Positions 61,786-64,000 of a DNA stretch of 64,000 nt are shown here, one piece after another (positions within the stretch are counted from its first letter, which is position 1; each line of letters starts with the position of its first letter). Source of the stretch: a bacterium (GTDB lineage: Bacteria; SM23-31); assembly GCA_965249485.1 (NCBI GenBank), contig OZ252239.1, positions 3,296,001-3,360,000 of the forward strand, read 5' to 3'. The position numbers and the translations under genes are program-made. The notes beneath the pieces are model-generated. The model was not told the DNA's origin. It did not search any database and was given only the letters and a program-made list of their open reading frames with translations.

Positions 61786-63063
61786 ATGAACAATACAACA
61801 ACATATCCTCAAAAACCTCTCAATTCAGTCCTGATAAAACCATCCGGACCCGATTGCAATATGGACTGCGTCTATTGCTTCTATTTGGAGAAGTCTGAAT
61901 TATATCCTCAAGCAAAAAAACACAGGATGAACGAGGATGTACTGAAGAAAATGACCCAGCAGTTATTATCCCAAAATATACCGTTACTCTCTATTGGATG
62001 GCAGGGAGGGGAACCTACCTTAATGGGGCTTCCGTTCTTTGAAAAAGCGATCGAATATCAAATGCAATTCGGTAATGGGAAAACAGTCTCAAACGGCTTT
62101 CAAACCAACGGCATTCTTCTTGATAAAAGCTGGGCGCACTATTTCAAAAAATATAATTTTCTCATTGGTCTCTCGCTTGATGGCCCTGAATATATTCATG
62201 ACTATTACCGGGTACTGAACAGCGGTGAAGGTACATGGTCGAAAGTTGTCGACCGTGCGAAGCTGCTCCTCGACAATGATGTAAATGTTAACGCGATGAT
62301 AGTTCTGAACGACCAAAATACGCAGCATGTCGAAGAAATTTATAATTTTCATAAATCTTTAGGCTTGAATCACATGCAGTTTATACCCTGTATGGAAACA
62401 GAAGATGATAGTACGACACAAGTGAAATCATTTTCTATTAACCCTGAAAGATTTGGTACGGCACTGTGTACGTTGTTTGACCTGTGGAGAGCGGATTTTG
62501 TCAATGATGAGCCGACAACATTCATACGGTTCTTCGACTCGATTTTTTACTCGTATGTTGATCTTACCCCGCCGGATTGTACACTACTCAAAGAATGCGG
62601 TAACTATGTCGTTGTTGAACACAACGGTGACGTGTATTCATGCGATTTTTATGTAGAGCCGCAGCAGTTGCTGGGGAATGTTAATGAGCACGATATTGTT
62701 GAAATGGCAAATTCCGGGCAACAAAATGCGTTCGGCAGTGCGAAAGCCGTTCTCTCGACCGAATGTAAAACCTGTGAATGGCTAAAACACTGCAGGGGTG
62801 GATGTCCTAAGTACCGGACCATTCAGACTGACACTGAGGATCTTCTCTACTTTTGCTCGTCGTATAAACAATTCTTTAATCATGCCGATAGTGAACTGAA
62901 AAAAATTGCGGAAAACTGGAATAACCAACGTAAAGAAGAAGTAATCGCACAGCGAAAAGACGCTATTAAATCCTTTGCGGCAACAGTGGGAAAAATTAAA
63001 AGAAACGATCTCTGTCCATGCCGCAGCGGGAAAAAATATAAACACTGCTGTGGAATTTTATAA
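61786..63063 (+). CDS. Anaerobic sulfatase maturase (radical SAM/SPASM) with C-terminal SEC-C motif
   Basis: CNMDCVYC, WQGGEPTL, SPASM cysteines (C..CEW...CRGGCP) and RNDLCPCRSGKKYKHCC. Confidence 0.93.
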   Translation: MNNTTTYPQKPLNSVLIKPSGPDCNMDCVYCFYLEKSELYPQAKKHRMNEDVLKKMTQQLLSQNIPLLSIGWQGGEPTLMGLPFFEKAIEYQMQFGNGKTVSNGFQTNGILLDKSWAHYFKKYNFLIGLSLDGPEYIHDYYRVLNSGEGTWSKVVDRAKLLLDNDVNVNAMIVLNDQNTQHVEEIYNFHKSLGLNHMQFIPCMETEDDSTTQVKSFSINPERFGTALCTLFDLWRADFVNDEPTTFIRFFDSIFYSYVDLTPPDCTLLKECGNYVVVEHNGDVYSCDFYVEPQQLLGNVNEHDIVEMANSGQQNAFGSAKAVLSTECKTCEWLKHCRGGCPKYRTIQTDTEDLLYFCSSYKQFFNHADSELKKIAENWNNQRKEEVIAQRKDAIKSFAATVGKIKRNDLCPCRSGKKYKHCCGIL

Positions 63064-63404
63064 ATAAAAAATGACTACAAAATCTAACTCGGAGACTGTG
63101 TATTACATAGTAAGGTTTGCATTGTGTACTTACATCCGTTTTCTCATCAATGTAGAAAATTGATCTCACCTTAATTCCAAATACCCTACCCAAATTGTTC
63201 TGATCCGCTACGAAATGCATGGCTACAGTATATATTTTTAGCAATTTTCATGTCACATACGCCATAAATAACACCTTTTCACACCAATAATGGCAAGAAA
63301 TGGCAAGCTTTTTTTAATTAACAATTATCGAGAATAAGCAAATATTATTTGACTCCTTAGGCTGTACGCAAGTACCTCTTCAACATGAACGATAATCATG
63401 GGAT

Positions 63405-63998
63405 TTAAACTTGTTGTGTTACAATTACTCCTTTATAGTCTACACCACGTAAAAGTTTTATATTTGTACCATAAGCCCCTTTTTTTGCCTCATCCGTAAA
63501 ATCTTGATTTGTAATCACTATACCTTCTGTAGCTCTATAATAGTCCCGAGCAAGTCCCACTTCTTGAACTGCTCTGAGCCCCACGTCTTTTTTCTCTCTA
63601 TATATCAATTGTACCACTTTTTTAATTCCTTCCCGTTCAATTATTAAGTCTGCACCAAAATCTTTTCCCTTTGATGGCATCTCAACTTTATATCCATTTG
63701 CCGCAAAAAGACCCGCTAATTCTTTTTCAAACTCTTTCCCTAAATTAGGTTTATAAACTTGTTGTAATAATTTTAGAATTCTGGAATTAATTCTTCCTTT
63801 AAAAAGACCGAATAAGATTCCACCAATCATAATGCCCAAATATATCAATGCAATGATGTTTGTATATTCATTTGAAAAAATATTGGTATGAACCCAAATT
63901 AAATAATCTACAATTGGCTGCCAACCCAATTCTGCTAATAAGAAAAGAATTAGAGTTGGCAGAAATAAAAACAACCTTCTATACTTATACCATTTTTT
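63405..63998 (-). CDS. Membrane-anchored Mrr-type (PD-(D/E)xK) restriction endonuclease domain protein (5' partial)
   Basis: Two TM helices, then EFEKEL...GY...DFGADLI...VVQ...AVQEV...ITNQDFT. The frame is open to the window end. Confidence 0.75.
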   Translation of the reverse strand, partial: KKWYKYRRLFLFLPTLILFLLAELGWQPIVDYLIWVHTNIFSNEYTNIIALIYLGIMIGGILFGLFKGRINSRILKLLQQVYKPNLGKEFEKELAGLFAANGYKVEMPSKGKDFGADLIIEREGIKKVVQLIYREKKDVGLRAVQEVGLARDYYRATEGIVITNQDFTDEAKKGAYGTNIKLLRGVDYKGVIVTQQV

Positions 63999-64000
63999 AT

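Noticed and set aside
1..64000. CRISPR arrays, tRNA/rRNA genes, IS elements and prophage genes; also the many short antisense ORFs in the track
   Set aside because: No repeat-spacer periodicity, RNA gene signatures, or transposase/integrase motifs were seen by eye. The antisense ORFs overlap well-supported genes and lack motifs.

Overview
This is a gene-dense, AT-rich bacterial chromosomal segment. Tat-exported sulfatases, an anaerobic sulfatase maturase and several exported peptidases suggest an anaerobic or facultative heterotroph; the taxon cannot be determined from the sequence alone. I recognised no rRNA, tRNA, CRISPR array or transposase. 1-13 kb holds organic acid and amino acid catabolism genes (oxalate-CoA ligase-like plus PanE-like, Nramp-like, TRAP transporter, amidohydrolase, aminotransferase, M14 peptidase, cyclodeaminase, dehydratase). 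14-24 kb is a minus-strand run: comEC, rnhB, yraN, an orphan ParB-domain gene, CBS, FapA and an SplB-like radical SAM gene, plus djlA and mogA. The standout is a ~14 kb minus-strand respiratory cluster (29.9-44.3 kb). Its order is Rrf2 regulator, GltD-like FAD/FeS oxidoreductase, Rieske protein, fused cytochrome b, octaheme cytochrome c, Tat-exported Nap/Nas-family molybdoenzyme, NapG/NapH-like proteins, two more ferredoxins, a His-His N-terminal exported protein and a Met/His-rich polyferredoxin membrane protein. An exact 14-bp repeat lies in front of both the regulator and the operon. This cluster and its neighbours (22-45 kb) carry at least 8 in-frame stops, 4 small frameshifts, one ~30-codon deletion and several lost cysteine ligands, so it appears to be decaying, although assembly error is not excluded. 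45-64 kb holds YyaL-like, mobA, M1 peptidase, aldolase, GH3, signal-peptide-bearing RidA and FAH proteins, a GIY-YIG-like gene, a sulfatase operon and a partial Mrr-type nuclease.
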